The position numbers were made by a program, and so were the translations under genes. The notes beneath the pieces were generated by a model. It was not told where the DNA came from and did not search any database. It was given only the letters and a program-made list of their open reading frames with translations. A stretch of DNA of 35,176 nt from a virus. Lineage: Duplodnaviria; Caudoviricetes. The stretch lies in the IMG/VR virus record IMGVR_UViG_3300016265_000590, positions 1-35,176 of that record, one strand, 5' to 3'. Shown here in pieces: positions 9,051 to 18,277 of this stretch. Within the stretch, counting starts at the first letter, position 1, and each line of letters opens with the position of its first letter.

Positions 9051-9428
9051 ATGCCATACACGCCGCACGACAGCGCAGGGACGAACTTTGTTTTTGCTGG
9101 CTCCACCTATACCGTCACCTCCATCACGTACAGCATTACTGACAACGCTGCCGCCGATGCGATTGACGTTTCTCATCTTGGCCAAACCACCGGCCAGACA
9201 GTGCTGACGATTTCGCGGCCCCTCAAGGGATCTGCCGGTGACACTGGCAAGGAAGTTTCTATTGAATACTTGGCAGCGTCTGGCTCGCCGATCGCTCAAG
9301 GCCAGACTGGGACTCTTGCCATTACTGGCGGCGTAACTCTCTCGGTTACGGCGACGTGCAAGAGTTCGAGCATTACGCTTACGGTCAATGACGCGGTGCG
9401 TGGCTCGGCTGCTTTCCAGGTGCCCTAA
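9051..9428 (+). CDS. Putative tail tube protein
   Basis: IDVSHLG motif; Thr/Ser-rich beta protein; follows the tail terminator. Confidence 0.6.
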   Translation: MPYTPHDSAGTNFVFAGSTYTVTSITYSITDNAAADAIDVSHLGQTTGQTVLTISRPLKGSAGDTGKEVSIEYLAASGSPIAQGQTGTLAITGGVTLSVTATCKSSSITLTVNDAVRGSAAFQVP

Positions 9429-9446
9429 TCGCCACAGGGGGAATCT

Positions 9447-9767
9447 GTGGCGTCATACTCTGAAAACGTCTCCGTTTCTTGGGGCGGAGTTGCGTTCACC
9501 GAGGTTGTCGGCCTCGATTGGCAATATGGCGGCGGATCGCCAAAAGGCCGCAGCGTCGCCTGGACGGATGAGGCTGGCACTGTCACTGTGTCGTCGCTTG
9601 GCTCCGCTAATACAAGCGTGAGCGAATACGGGCTCCGCAAGCTGCTGGTGATATCTGGCGGCGGCCAGTCCTTGACGAACTACGCAATATGGGAGTCACT
9701 GGACGTTGCGAATGAGGTAAACGGCGTGACCCGGTTTACCGTGACGTTCAAACTACTTGATGGGTGA
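9447..9767 (+). CDS. Second tail tube-like protein
   Basis: Similar size and layout to the previous gene (C-terminal VNGV..FTVTF versus VNDAV....F). Confidence 0.5.
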   Translation: MASYSENVSVSWGGVAFTEVVGLDWQYGGGSPKGRSVAWTDEAGTVTVSSLGSANTSVSEYGLRKLLVISGGGQSLTNYAIWESLDVANEVNGVTRFTVTFKLLDG

Positions 9768-9770
9768 GCC

Positions 9771-10124
9771 ATGGGACTACGCGAGCAGATCAAGGCGGCA
9801 AGCGTCCGTAAGCCGTTAAAGGTGCACGTAAAGCAGTGGAACATCGACGTATACGTGCGAGTGATGAGCGTTGGCGAGCGTGATGAATGGGAGCTTGCCT
9901 GGATTGACATTCGCAGCAAAGGCGTTGCAAAGTTTGACAACTTCAGAGCGTTTTATTTAGTTCGCACCCTGTGCGACGAGCACGGCGTCCGCATATGGCA
10001 AGACAACGAGATCGGCGAAGTGGCATCGCTTGACGGCGCAGTAATGAGCGAGCTTTTTGACGTGGCCCAAAAACACAACAAACTCACGGAGGCGGACGTA
10101 GTCGAACTAGCCGGCGAGCTTTAA
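9771..10124 (+). CDS. Tail assembly chaperone (G)
   Basis: VYVRVMSVGERD and LCDEHGVR motifs; lies upstream of the tape measure. Confidence 0.75.
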   Translation: MGLREQIKAASVRKPLKVHVKQWNIDVYVRVMSVGERDEWELAWIDIRSKGVAKFDNFRAFYLVRTLCDEHGVRIWQDNEIGEVASLDGAVMSELFDVAQKHNKLTEADVVELAGEL

Positions 10125-10431
10125 CGCTAGGCCGTCCAGGCGATTTTTGTTCATGCTGGCAAGTCACCTTCGCATGACAGTCGGCCAGATTGAACGTGAA
10201 ATGGACAGCCACGAGCTCAGCGAATGGCTGGCGTTTGCTCGGTACTATCAGCCCCTTGATAACTCATGGGCTCAGACTGGACTACTGGCAAGTTCGACTA
10301 TCGGGCCGCACATGCGACGCGGGTACTGGCCTTCACCAGCTGACTTTATTCCTGTCGAGAAACCCCCGCAACACAAGACGCAGATGATTAGTATTCTTGA
10401 GCAAATGAAACGCGACCTAGACGGCAAGTAG
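10120..10431 (+). CDS. Tail assembly chaperone C-terminal part (T), probably reached by +1 frameshift
   Basis: LASHLRMTV...MDSHELSEW motif; the +1 frame is open from 10111 and overlaps CTT-TAA at the end of G. Confidence 0.7.
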   Translation, partial: FNARPSRRFLFMLASHLRMTVGQIEREMDSHELSEWLAFARYYQPLDNSWAQTGLLASSTIGPHMRRGYWPSPADFIPVEKPPQHKTQMISILEQMKRDLDGK

Positions 10432-10432
10432 C

Positions 10433-11761
10433 ATGAGCACTGCACTCGGGCTTGCTATGCAGATCACGGCAAACACTGCCCAGCTGGCGCAGGCCGTGGC
10501 TGACGTTAACAAGCGGCTTGACTCAATGGGCGAGGCTGGCAAAAAAGCGTCTGATGACCTATCTACCCTCAAGAACATTGAGATTGCCAAGCTGGCGCTT
10601 GGCGGCCTGCGTGCCGCAACATCAGCATTCCTTAGCTTCAGCGGTGCAGTCACCGGTGCCGTGTCGAACGTCGCTTCTTTTGCGCTGAGCGTTGGCGAAG
10701 AGCTTGATGCTCTAAACGACGTTGCCAACCGTACTGGCGTTGGCGTTGAAGCATTGCAGGCGTACGCCAGAGCAGCAGCGGATACCGGCGTGAGTGTTGA
10801 AGCGTTCGCTAAGCAGATTCAGGTCTTAACCATCAATATCGGCAAGGCAACACTAGACGAGAAAGCTCAAAAGAAGTTTGAAGAGCTTGGCATTGTCTTT
10901 GCGGACCTGAAGGAGCTCACCCCCGAAAAGCAGTTCGAGCAGATTGTTGATGCCATCGCTGGCATCGCCGATCCGGCTGAGCGGGCGGCGACGGCGGTTA
11001 AGTTCTTCGGCAAAGGCGGAATCCAGCTGGGCGAGTTGTTTACGCTCGGCCCTGGTGCGCTGGCTCGCATGCGTGAGGAGGCTGTGTCTCTGGGTCAAGT
11101 CGTGAGCGAGGATGCAGTAAAGGCAATCGACAACATGAACGACTCTTTTGCTGCCGTCTACGCGACAGTGAAGGGGCTGGCCGGTGCAATCCTTGGCGAG
11201 TTGGCAGGGCCAATCAGCACGATTGCCCAGGAGTTGCTTGGCGTCATTCGCCAGGCAGGCCCGCAGCAGATCGCTCAGCAGGTGGCCGCAGGCCTTCTTG
11301 ATTTCATCAAGCTTGCAGGCAATGCCTTTTTCAAGCTGGCACAGTTCATTGAGGCATTTGTCAACAAGTTCGCCCCGATACTGGGAATCGACATCCGCAC
11401 GGAAGCAGAGAAAGAATTGCAATCCTTGCGAGATCAGCAATCAAGAGCGTCTGCTGCAGTGGGGTTTGGCGGGCAGGGCGGAGTTGTCCCTGAGTCGCTC
11501 AGAGGGCAGGCATTGACCCCTGAGCAGATATCGAGGCTCAGGGAGCTTGAAGCTCAAGTTGCCGCCGAAGCTGCTGGCGGGGTGCTGACTCAGTTTCAGG
11601 CCAACTTCAACAGCGCAATCGACACCGCATCAGAAAGCCTACGGCAACGAATGGCCGCCCAGGCTGGTAATGCTGAGCCGAATGACGCCGAGCGAGAGCA
11701 AGTTCGCCTGCTAGATCAAATCAACCGCAACGGACAAGTCGGCGTCGTGGAGTTTTTGTAG
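10433..11761 (+). CDS. Tape measure protein (short, 442 aa)
   Basis: Ala/Leu-rich helical protein after the chaperones; RTGVGVEALQ and FGKGG motifs. Confidence 0.85.
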   Translation: MSTALGLAMQITANTAQLAQAVADVNKRLDSMGEAGKKASDDLSTLKNIEIAKLALGGLRAATSAFLSFSGAVTGAVSNVASFALSVGEELDALNDVANRTGVGVEALQAYARAAADTGVSVEAFAKQIQVLTINIGKATLDEKAQKKFEELGIVFADLKELTPEKQFEQIVDAIAGIADPAERAATAVKFFGKGGIQLGELFTLGPGALARMREEAVSLGQVVSEDAVKAIDNMNDSFAAVYATVKGLAGAILGELAGPISTIAQELLGVIRQAGPQQIAQQVAAGLLDFIKLAGNAFFKLAQFIEAFVNKFAPILGIDIRTEAEKELQSLRDQQSRASAAVGFGGQGGVVPESLRGQALTPEQISRLRELEAQVAAEAAGGVLTQFQANFNSAIDTASESLRQRMAAQAGNAEPNDAEREQVRLLDQINRNGQVGVVEFL

Positions 11762-11763
11762 GA

Positions 11764-12636
11764 ATGGCAGTCATCGGTTTTCGAGAAATCATTCCGCGTA
11801 CGCTGTCGCATCGGTTTGGCGAAAGCCCTACCGCCGAAAGAAAATACACGGTAACTGTTGACGAGCCGACAAGTTCCGCCGTCGTCATTGGGACTGTTGG
11901 AATCCTGCACGGAGATCCTCACCCTGAGTATCCGTTTCTCAGGATGCTTGATGCGTCGATGGTGGAGGCCGATCGACAGCACGTCGAAATAACCTACAGA
12001 TACGAACTGCCAAACCAAGAGAATCTTGACGCCAACCCTCTTGCCAGGCCAGACGTTTGGTCGTTCACGACATCCGGCGCACAGGTGCCTTTTCTCTCTT
12101 ATTATGACGGCAGTGGAAACACCAGCATCAAGCCACTTGTGAACGCTGCTGGGGATTTCATTGAGGGCATGACTGTACTTGCCCCTGAGGTAAGGGCTTC
12201 TATTTCTGGGAACAGAAGTGTTTTCCCGATGGCACTTGCGGCTGAGGTCACTAACGCAATAAACAGCTCCCCGTACCTTAACGGCGATGCGTATACCTGG
12301 CAGTGCAATGGGATCTCCGGCCAGCAAGCGAGCGAAGTAATCAACGGCGTTGAAGTTCGCTATTGGCAGATCACCGTTGAGCTTACTTATCGAAAAGGCG
12401 GATATATCGAGAAGGTTCCGCACGTTGGCTGGCACTACATCGACGGCGGAAAAAAACGCCGCGTCTGGGCCTGGAACGAATCAGGAGATGAAAAGATAGA
12501 CGCCAGTGCTCCACAGCCGCTTACCTCGACCGGTGCGCTCAAGTATCCGGGGGCCGAAGGCGAGCCCGACCAGCTATTGAGGCGGCCTTACCCAGTTGCA
12601 GACTTTGCCTCCTACTTCGGCACGCCGCCGTTCTAA
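11764..12636 (+). CDS. Tail tip protein
   Basis: Follows the tape measure; HPEYP, NPLARP and VNAAGD motifs. Confidence 0.65.
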   Translation: MAVIGFREIIPRTLSHRFGESPTAERKYTVTVDEPTSSAVVIGTVGILHGDPHPEYPFLRMLDASMVEADRQHVEITYRYELPNQENLDANPLARPDVWSFTTSGAQVPFLSYYDGSGNTSIKPLVNAAGDFIEGMTVLAPEVRASISGNRSVFPMALAAEVTNAINSSPYLNGDAYTWQCNGISGQQASEVINGVEVRYWQITVELTYRKGGYIEKVPHVGWHYIDGGKKRRVWAWNESGDEKIDASAPQPLTSTGALKYPGAEGEPDQLLRRPYPVADFASYFGTPPF

Positions 12637-12639
12637 GCC

Positions 12640-13140
12640 ATGTCCTACCAGCGAAACCTTTCGATTGCCTCGGCCGGCACAGCTGGCGTGCGGGTGACGT
12701 TCTGCAGCACGTCCTACTCTGGCACGTTCTCGTGCACGTCTTACCCGGTGTTTTCTCAGACGACCACCGAAGGCACCAACCGCTATACCGTGAACAGCCC
12801 ACTTAAGCAGTTGTCTCCTGCTGGAGGCTACGCAGCGGCAAACAATCCATCGGTTTCCTACGACAGCACCACCGGCACGGCATTGGTGACGTTTACGTAC
12901 GGCAACACGTACAGCGACACACTGCAGGAGTATGAGGCTGGCGGCAGCCCCAGGCGGTATCGGTACATCCTTCACGCCTCGGGGCACACGCCTGCGACGG
13001 CGTATGCGGCCAGCGTTTCAGCGAGCACCGCCGTCGTGATGTTCGGCAGCGTTGACGTGCGAGTTGCCAGCACGGCAAGTGCTTCGTTTATCAGCGTGTG
13101 CTCCGACACGCTCGAGGGCAGCGTTGGCGGGGGGCTCTAG
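12640..13140 (+). CDS. Ser/Thr-rich hypothetical tail protein
   Basis: Coupled ORF in the tail module. Confidence 0.55.
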   Translation: MSYQRNLSIASAGTAGVRVTFCSTSYSGTFSCTSYPVFSQTTTEGTNRYTVNSPLKQLSPAGGYAAANNPSVSYDSTTGTALVTFTYGNTYSDTLQEYEAGGSPRRYRYILHASGHTPATAYAASVSASTAVVMFGSVDVRVASTASASFISVCSDTLEGSVGGGL

Positions 13141-13142
13141 TC

Positions 13143-13544
13143 ATGGCCCAAAAGCCAGACGGCTCTGCCGCCAAGACTGAACGGGTGACGTTCACGAGGC
13201 CTGCGGCCGAGCGGATTGCCAAGGTTGTGCGGACTGTCGAGAGCGGCGACCGCAACCAGGCGGGCCTATCTTTTTCCCGTGTTCTGCCTGGTGCATCCGT
13301 TTCAGGTGTAAGGCTCGCACGCTACACGGCAACCACGTCATGGGTGAAAAACGCTATCAAGCCCGTTGTGTTTGTGACGGCAAACACCAGCCTTATCGCT
13401 TTCTCAGGAAGCACTGCCACGGCCGTCAACAGATTTGCGATCATTCCCGGCCATACGGGGTCAGGCACTAGCACGACCAATGGCGTCCTGCTGAGTCTGC
13501 AAAAGGTTGGCGGGCTCTGGACCGTGATGAATGCGGAGTCCTGA
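13143..13544 (+). CDS. Hypothetical tail protein
   Basis: FTRPAAERIAKVVRTVE; coupled ORF. Confidence 0.6.
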   Translation: MAQKPDGSAAKTERVTFTRPAAERIAKVVRTVESGDRNQAGLSFSRVLPGASVSGVRLARYTATTSWVKNAIKPVVFVTANTSLIAFSGSTATAVNRFAIIPGHTGSGTSTTNGVLLSLQKVGGLWTVMNAES

Positions 13545-13546
13545 GC

Positions 13547-15250
13547 ATGCTTTTCGGTGATCAGGAGAACCCGAAAGTCATCTCGTGGGGCAATCCTGGG
13601 ATTGCGTCAGGAAACCCACGGCAATCCGCAAGGCTCGCTGCTGGGCGTCGAACTGATAACGCAGATTATCTCCGCACGTATGTGCCAGTCATTACGGCCG
13701 CAACCGCCGACTATCGTGTGCAGCCTGTGCGAGTTGATACAGCAACTCGGCTGTCAATGACTTACGTGAGCATGGCTACCGAGCATCTGCCGGAACGCTT
13801 TGGGGGCTCGTACCGTGGGCGCGTCTATGCTGTTGATGCAAACGGCCAACTTCAGGGATGGGGGCACAACCCAGCAAGTGCGGGAGATATAATAAACCCA
13901 AATGTTTTTGCGGATTATGTTTTTAAGTCTCCGATCTTGCTATCAAGCAGCGATGACAGGGCAGCCAACTCGCGAGTTGTGTCTTTCAAGAAGGTCGTAA
14001 GCTACCAAAGTCAGCCGCACGGCGGCGTGCTTGCCTTGTCAGACTCAGGAGTGCTCTACGGCACAGACTCCGTTTCGTTAGACAACGCAGGCTCTGCAGC
14101 CACAGCGAGCTTTGACGTGATGCGGCCGGTTTCTACGCAGGCTTGGAAGGACGTGGTGACGTTTGGTGCGTTGTCGGAAATCGTGATGGCAATACGCGAC
14201 GATGGCACGCTTTGGACAACTGGGCCACTAAGGTCGTCCGCAGCAAATCAAACATCGCAACTTAAAGGAATAGTTTCAGCGGTTTATTTATCGCAGCCGC
14301 ACACGCAATCCACACTTAAATCAAACTCAATAAGCTACATAGTGAGCAATCCTGCATCTGGCGGGCGACGATTAACTTTTTCTGTTGAGCGTAAAACAGA
14401 AACTTCTGCGTATGAAGTAACTCGCGTCAGCGAGTCTGGCTTGTTCTATACATCTGATCCGATTCTAACTCTGGGGCCGACAGAAAACACAACCAATCCT
14501 CCTGTCGTTCGGCTTGAGATGATGCCGGAAACTGGCTGGGAGCAGTTGTCTGCCAGCAATGAAAATGTATTACTGCTTAACCGCAGCGGCGGTGTATCCA
14601 AGGTTTTTGTTGGGTACTATAACGCCACGCCGCAGGACTTCATGCCCACTGAGCCAGAACTTAGCGGCATTCGTGGCATTTCCGAAATCCGCCACCTTCC
14701 TGGAGCCAGCGACCACACGGCCAATCCGTACAAAGATGTTGTCGCGGTTCACATGGCGCAGGGGGTTTTTGACGGCCCGGTAAGCAGGAGCCCTGCAAGC
14801 GCGTTTTTTATTCGTGGCACACAGAGCACTAGCAAGTCTAACCTGCTGGCGCTAGGCGATAACTTGTTTGGGCAGCTAGGAGTTGGCAGCACCGCCGCGA
14901 TTGTACGAACGCCGACAGAGGTGCCTTCGCCAGACTCTAAGGACTTTATCGTTAAGAGAGTCGCAAGCTCGAGGATGAACACTTTCGTCATTCGGGAAGG
15001 TGACGATTTACCTGGCTTTGAAGGAACGCACGTCCAGCACCTTTACACTGCTGGGAGTCCACAGTTCAGCGGAGGAACGACGGCCACGGCAAACATACGA
15101 AGGTTCACGCCGGTACTTGGGGTCAATGGAACCGCCAGCAAATGGGAGCACGTTTTTGCGTTTGGAGAGTATGAAGCCGGCTACACCGCCCGCACAGTGG
15201 CGCTGCACTTTGCGTCATATTCTACAGTCCCTGCGGATGTGGTGCAGTAG
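13547..15250 (+). CDS. RCC1/BLIP-II-like beta-propeller protein, candidate receptor-binding protein
   Basis: Repeats VYAVDANGQLQGWG, VLALSDSGVLYG, MAIRDDGTLWTTG and ALGDNLFGQLGVG; last tail gene; lower GC. Confidence 0.6.
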   Translation: MLFGDQENPKVISWGNPGIASGNPRQSARLAAGRRTDNADYLRTYVPVITAATADYRVQPVRVDTATRLSMTYVSMATEHLPERFGGSYRGRVYAVDANGQLQGWGHNPASAGDIINPNVFADYVFKSPILLSSSDDRAANSRVVSFKKVVSYQSQPHGGVLALSDSGVLYGTDSVSLDNAGSAATASFDVMRPVSTQAWKDVVTFGALSEIVMAIRDDGTLWTTGPLRSSAANQTSQLKGIVSAVYLSQPHTQSTLKSNSISYIVSNPASGGRRLTFSVERKTETSAYEVTRVSESGLFYTSDPILTLGPTENTTNPPVVRLEMMPETGWEQLSASNENVLLLNRSGGVSKVFVGYYNATPQDFMPTEPELSGIRGISEIRHLPGASDHTANPYKDVVAVHMAQGVFDGPVSRSPASAFFIRGTQSTSKSNLLALGDNLFGQLGVGSTAAIVRTPTEVPSPDSKDFIVKRVASSRMNTFVIREGDDLPGFEGTHVQHLYTAGSPQFSGGTTATANIRRFTPVLGVNGTASKWEHVFAFGEYEAGYTARTVALHFASYSTVPADVVQ

Positions 15251-15289
15251 TTGACGCCCCTGCCATAGTCGGGCGAAAGGAGACGCCCG
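15251..15289 (+). promoter_or_regulatory. TTGAC-N8-CATAGT motif followed by an SD-containing hairpin
   Basis: CGGGCG-AAAGGAGA-CGCCCG (15270-15289) ends on the G of the GTG start codon. Confidence 0.5.
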
Positions 15290-15576
15290 TGGCCGAGGAT
15301 CACGTCTTTACGCTCAACGGTGACGAGCGGTGGCTCATCCGTTTCACTGATCTCAAGGGCCAGGCGTACGGCTACACGTTCAGCCAGAAGGCGAAGCGGC
15401 CACGCATCCTTATCCACGACGGGCTTCGCGGGCGGCACCGGCTCACGATCATCGTGCACGAGCTGCTGCACGCTCTTTACCCAACGGCCAGCGAGGAGCA
15501 CACGGAGCAGGCCGGCAAGGACATTGCCAAGGTGCTCTATAGCCTCGGGTTCAGAGAGGTGCAGAATGGCCCGTAG
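15289..15576 (+). CDS. Small HExxH zincin-like metallopeptidase
   Basis: IIVHELLHAL followed by an EE pair. Confidence 0.7.
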   Translation: MAEDHVFTLNGDERWLIRFTDLKGQAYGYTFSQKAKRPRILIHDGLRGRHRLTIIVHELLHALYPTASEEHTEQAGKDIAKVLYSLGFREVQNGP

Positions 15577-16471
15577 TGCAGGCACGTTTCGCCGAAAGAA
15601 CGCCAGCGACCCATGGAACGTTACGACGCTCGAGCATGGCGTTACTCGCATCGACTTCGCCCAGCGGCTCTGGGTGCTGCTCTCCAGCGACTGGCACTGG
15701 GACTCCGTGAAGTGCGACCGCGAGAAACTCCGCAGCGACCTGCAGAAGGCCAAGCAGTTAAACGCCGCCGTGCTGTCTATCGGCGATCACTTCGACGCGA
15801 TGGGCGGCAAGTACGACCCACGATCCAACGGTAAGCACGACGTGCGGCCCGAGTTTCAGAGGGGCAACTACTACGACGACATCGTGACGCAGTGTGCCGA
15901 GTGGCTTGAGCCATACCGCGAGCAGATGGCACTCATCACGCCCGGCAACCACGAGACGGCCGTGCGGAAGCGGATGGAAACGTGCTTGACCACGCGACTG
16001 GTGGAGCAGCTGCGAGTGCGTGGCAGCAAGTGCCGGCACGCTGGCTACGCCGGCTGGGTGTTGTTCAAAGCCAAGAGCGGCAAGACGGCAACGGCTCACT
16101 ACAAGCTCTGGTACCACCATGGTTATGGCGGCGGTGGCCCTGTTACCAGAGGCGTGATTGACTACAGCCGCTATCTCGTGGACATCGACGCCGACGCGAT
16201 TCACGCCGGGCACATCCACCAACGCACTTTGATTGAGGCGAGCCGGCAGCGGCTCTCGCCCACCGGCATGCCGAAGATCCGCCCGATCCACCTTGTGCGT
16301 TCGGCGGCGTACAAGCAGGAGTGCCTGACAGATGGCTGGGCCGTCGAGAAGGGCATGAGCTCGAGGCCGCTCGGCGGCTGGTGGATGCTCTTGCGGTGGA
16401 ACACGGACCACACCGAATTGCGTGCGTCGTTCCACGACTCTCCACGCGATGACTCGTGCATTGACGAGTGA
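15566..16471 (+). CDS. Calcineurin-like metallophosphoesterase
   Basis: SDWH, GDHFD, GNHE, HHG and GHIH motifs. Confidence 0.85.
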   Translation: MARSAGTFRRKNASDPWNVTTLEHGVTRIDFAQRLWVLLSSDWHWDSVKCDREKLRSDLQKAKQLNAAVLSIGDHFDAMGGKYDPRSNGKHDVRPEFQRGNYYDDIVTQCAEWLEPYREQMALITPGNHETAVRKRMETCLTTRLVEQLRVRGSKCRHAGYAGWVLFKAKSGKTATAHYKLWYHHGYGGGGPVTRGVIDYSRYLVDIDADAIHAGHIHQRTLIEASRQRLSPTGMPKIRPIHLVRSAAYKQECLTDGWAVEKGMSSRPLGGWWMLLRWNTDHTELRASFHDSPRDDSCIDE

Positions 16472-16506
16472 AATAATCTGCACTTTTTCTTACCGAAAGG
16501 ACGCAC

Positions 16507-17085
16507 ATGAGCCCGTCAATTGCAGAGGCAAACGCCGCCCTACGCCAGGCCGTTGAGATCCGCCGAGAGAACCAGGCCGCCGGCCTGCCGCATGAAGACT
16601 GGTACGGCGAACGTGTTACGAAAACGCTGCCCGAGCGACTTGAGGCAGAGGATTCGTTACAGGCGGCGACACGTCTGAGTGACGAGGATCTGCAGCAGCA
16701 GATTGAGGAGCACCACCTGCACCGGTCCGGGCTGACGCAGGACGAACTAGACGAAGCCCTGGAGCGGCTGGTCGGCGACGGCATCACGCACGAGCAGCGG
16801 CCTGGCTCTTTGCCGTTTCTTGAAAAGCTTGAAGTGATTCGAAAGCTTCACTTTAAGAAAACGGCCGAGTACGGCGACCCTCAAGACCCGTTCGCAAACG
16901 TCACTGCATCAGCTAAGTGCGGAGTTGAGCCATGGCGTCGAGCACTTTGCGATGCGTCTGATTGCAGCGTAAGGCTCCAGCGCTATGCCAACGGCCAGCC
17001 AGTCGATTTTGAAAACGCCATCATGGACAACATCAACTGGCTACTCATCTGTTGGGTCAAGCATGACGAGGCAAAGCGTGCCTGA
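16507..17085 (+). CDS. Hypothetical protein with C-terminal DUF1599/Nmad1-like helical domain
   Basis: KK..EYG...DPFAN and D..N.L motifs; SD AAAGGA. Confidence 0.5.
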   Translation: MSPSIAEANAALRQAVEIRRENQAAGLPHEDWYGERVTKTLPERLEAEDSLQAATRLSDEDLQQQIEEHHLHRSGLTQDELDEALERLVGDGITHEQRPGSLPFLEKLEVIRKLHFKKTAEYGDPQDPFANVTASAKCGVEPWRRALCDASDCSVRLQRYANGQPVDFENAIMDNINWLLICWVKHDEAKRA

Positions 17086-17245
17086 GCCGCTCACCGACGC
17101 CTACCTCGTAGAGTGCGAGCAACGCGCCCGCCGGTTCCAAGGAGCATGGACGGGAACCAGCGGCGACCTGGCGTCTAGGCTGTGGCACTGCATTCAAGAG
17201 ATACGACGGCTCCGCGTCGAGCTTGCACGCAGAGAGAACGCATGA
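17078..17245 (+). CDS. Hypothetical protein
   Basis: GTG start overlapping the previous gene; LTDAYLVECEQRARRFQGAWTGTSG. Confidence 0.6.
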   Translation: MPEPLTDAYLVECEQRARRFQGAWTGTSGDLASRLWHCIQEIRRLRVELARRENA

Positions 17246-17308
17246 GCCGGGCGGCGGGTTGAGTCGTGGGTTTTCATCCTTTCCCCGCGACTCCCCGCCT
17301 GCTCGGCT
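17245..17308 (+). other. Long hairpin between convergent genes (terminator or structured RNA)
   Basis: Stems 17245-52/17301-08, 17253-58/17294-99 and 17261-70/17284-93; loop TTTTCATCCTTTC. Confidence 0.65.
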
Positions 17309-18218
17309 ACCTTGGCTTTCCTGGCCAGCCGAGATCCAGCGGCGGCAGTGCCGCCGTGCTGTCTGTATCACTCGGGCATATCGCTGGATCTACATAGACC
17401 TGCTGAAGTTTCGGGTCGCTGTGGTCGAGCAGCTGCGTGGCTGCGGCCCGTCCGCCGGCCAGGGCGGCGTATGAGGCTGCCGTTCTGCGAAGCCCGTGAA
17501 AGCCACGGTATTTGACGCCAGCCGATTTGCACAAACACTTCAGGCTTGCCCACTGGCTGCGACTGCGGCGGTCCCACGGCCATACCAGTTCGTGATCCTC
17601 GCGGCGGTGCTGGGCCAGCATGGCCGCCAGTTCCGGTGTTATCTGCCTTTGGATGTCCCTGGTTGCCCCTTTGCGGCTCTCGCCACGAAATATGACCTGA
17701 CGCCCGGCTAGATCGACATCGCCCCACCTGAGCGACGTAGTGGCCTCGTACCGCTCTCCGGTGCAGTAAATCGTGTAGATGAGCGTGGCCCACCACCACG
17801 ACGCCGGCAGGCCGTCGATGTACCCGATGCGGTGCCGGCACCGCCGCACCAGGGCGGCCACATCGTCAGCCGTGTAGGCCCGGCCAGTGGGCAACCGCTT
17901 CGGCACCTTGATCTTCGGAAGTTCCGGGAACTCGGCCGCCAGCCGCTTGCGGGCTGCGTAAGTCCAGAACGCCTGGATCATCACCTTGTCTTTGCATACG
18001 GAAGCCGGGCTCGGCCGCCGACCTTTCCAGCCTGGCGTTTCGGCTCGCCACCGCAGATACCTCGCTATCACCAAATCATCGAGATCTTTGACCGTCGCCT
18101 CGCGTCCAAGGAAAAGCTCGAGCCGATCCACGAGCATTCCGTAGAGGGCGACCGTCTTGCCCTTGAGCCCCCGTAACAGAGCGTAACGCTCAACCAGTTC
18201 TCGCAACGTCATGGCCAT
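17307..18218 (-). CDS. int: Tyrosine recombinase (phage integrase)
   Basis: Catalytic R (TGER), K (SRKG), HGLRR, LLDH and Y (QVY); start ATG at 18218 or 18212. Confidence 0.92.
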   Translation of the reverse strand: MAMTLRELVERYALLRGLKGKTVALYGMLVDRLELFLGREATVKDLDDLVIARYLRWRAETPGWKGRRPSPASVCKDKVMIQAFWTYAARKRLAAEFPELPKIKVPKRLPTGRAYTADDVAALVRRCRHRIGYIDGLPASWWWATLIYTIYCTGERYEATTSLRWGDVDLAGRQVIFRGESRKGATRDIQRQITPELAAMLAQHRREDHELVWPWDRRSRSQWASLKCLCKSAGVKYRGFHGLRRTAASYAALAGGRAAATQLLDHSDPKLQQVYVDPAICPSDTDSTAALPPLDLGWPGKPR

Positions 18219-18277
18219 GGCTGATGATCCCCGGTACGTGAACGGCTGTCCATGCCCCGTACATACTATACAACCCC

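Noticed and set aside
17307-18218. Integrase as an integron IntI
   Set aside because: The segment before HxxR is short and lacks the IntI-specific insertion; it sits beside a tmRNA-type att, far from the attC array.
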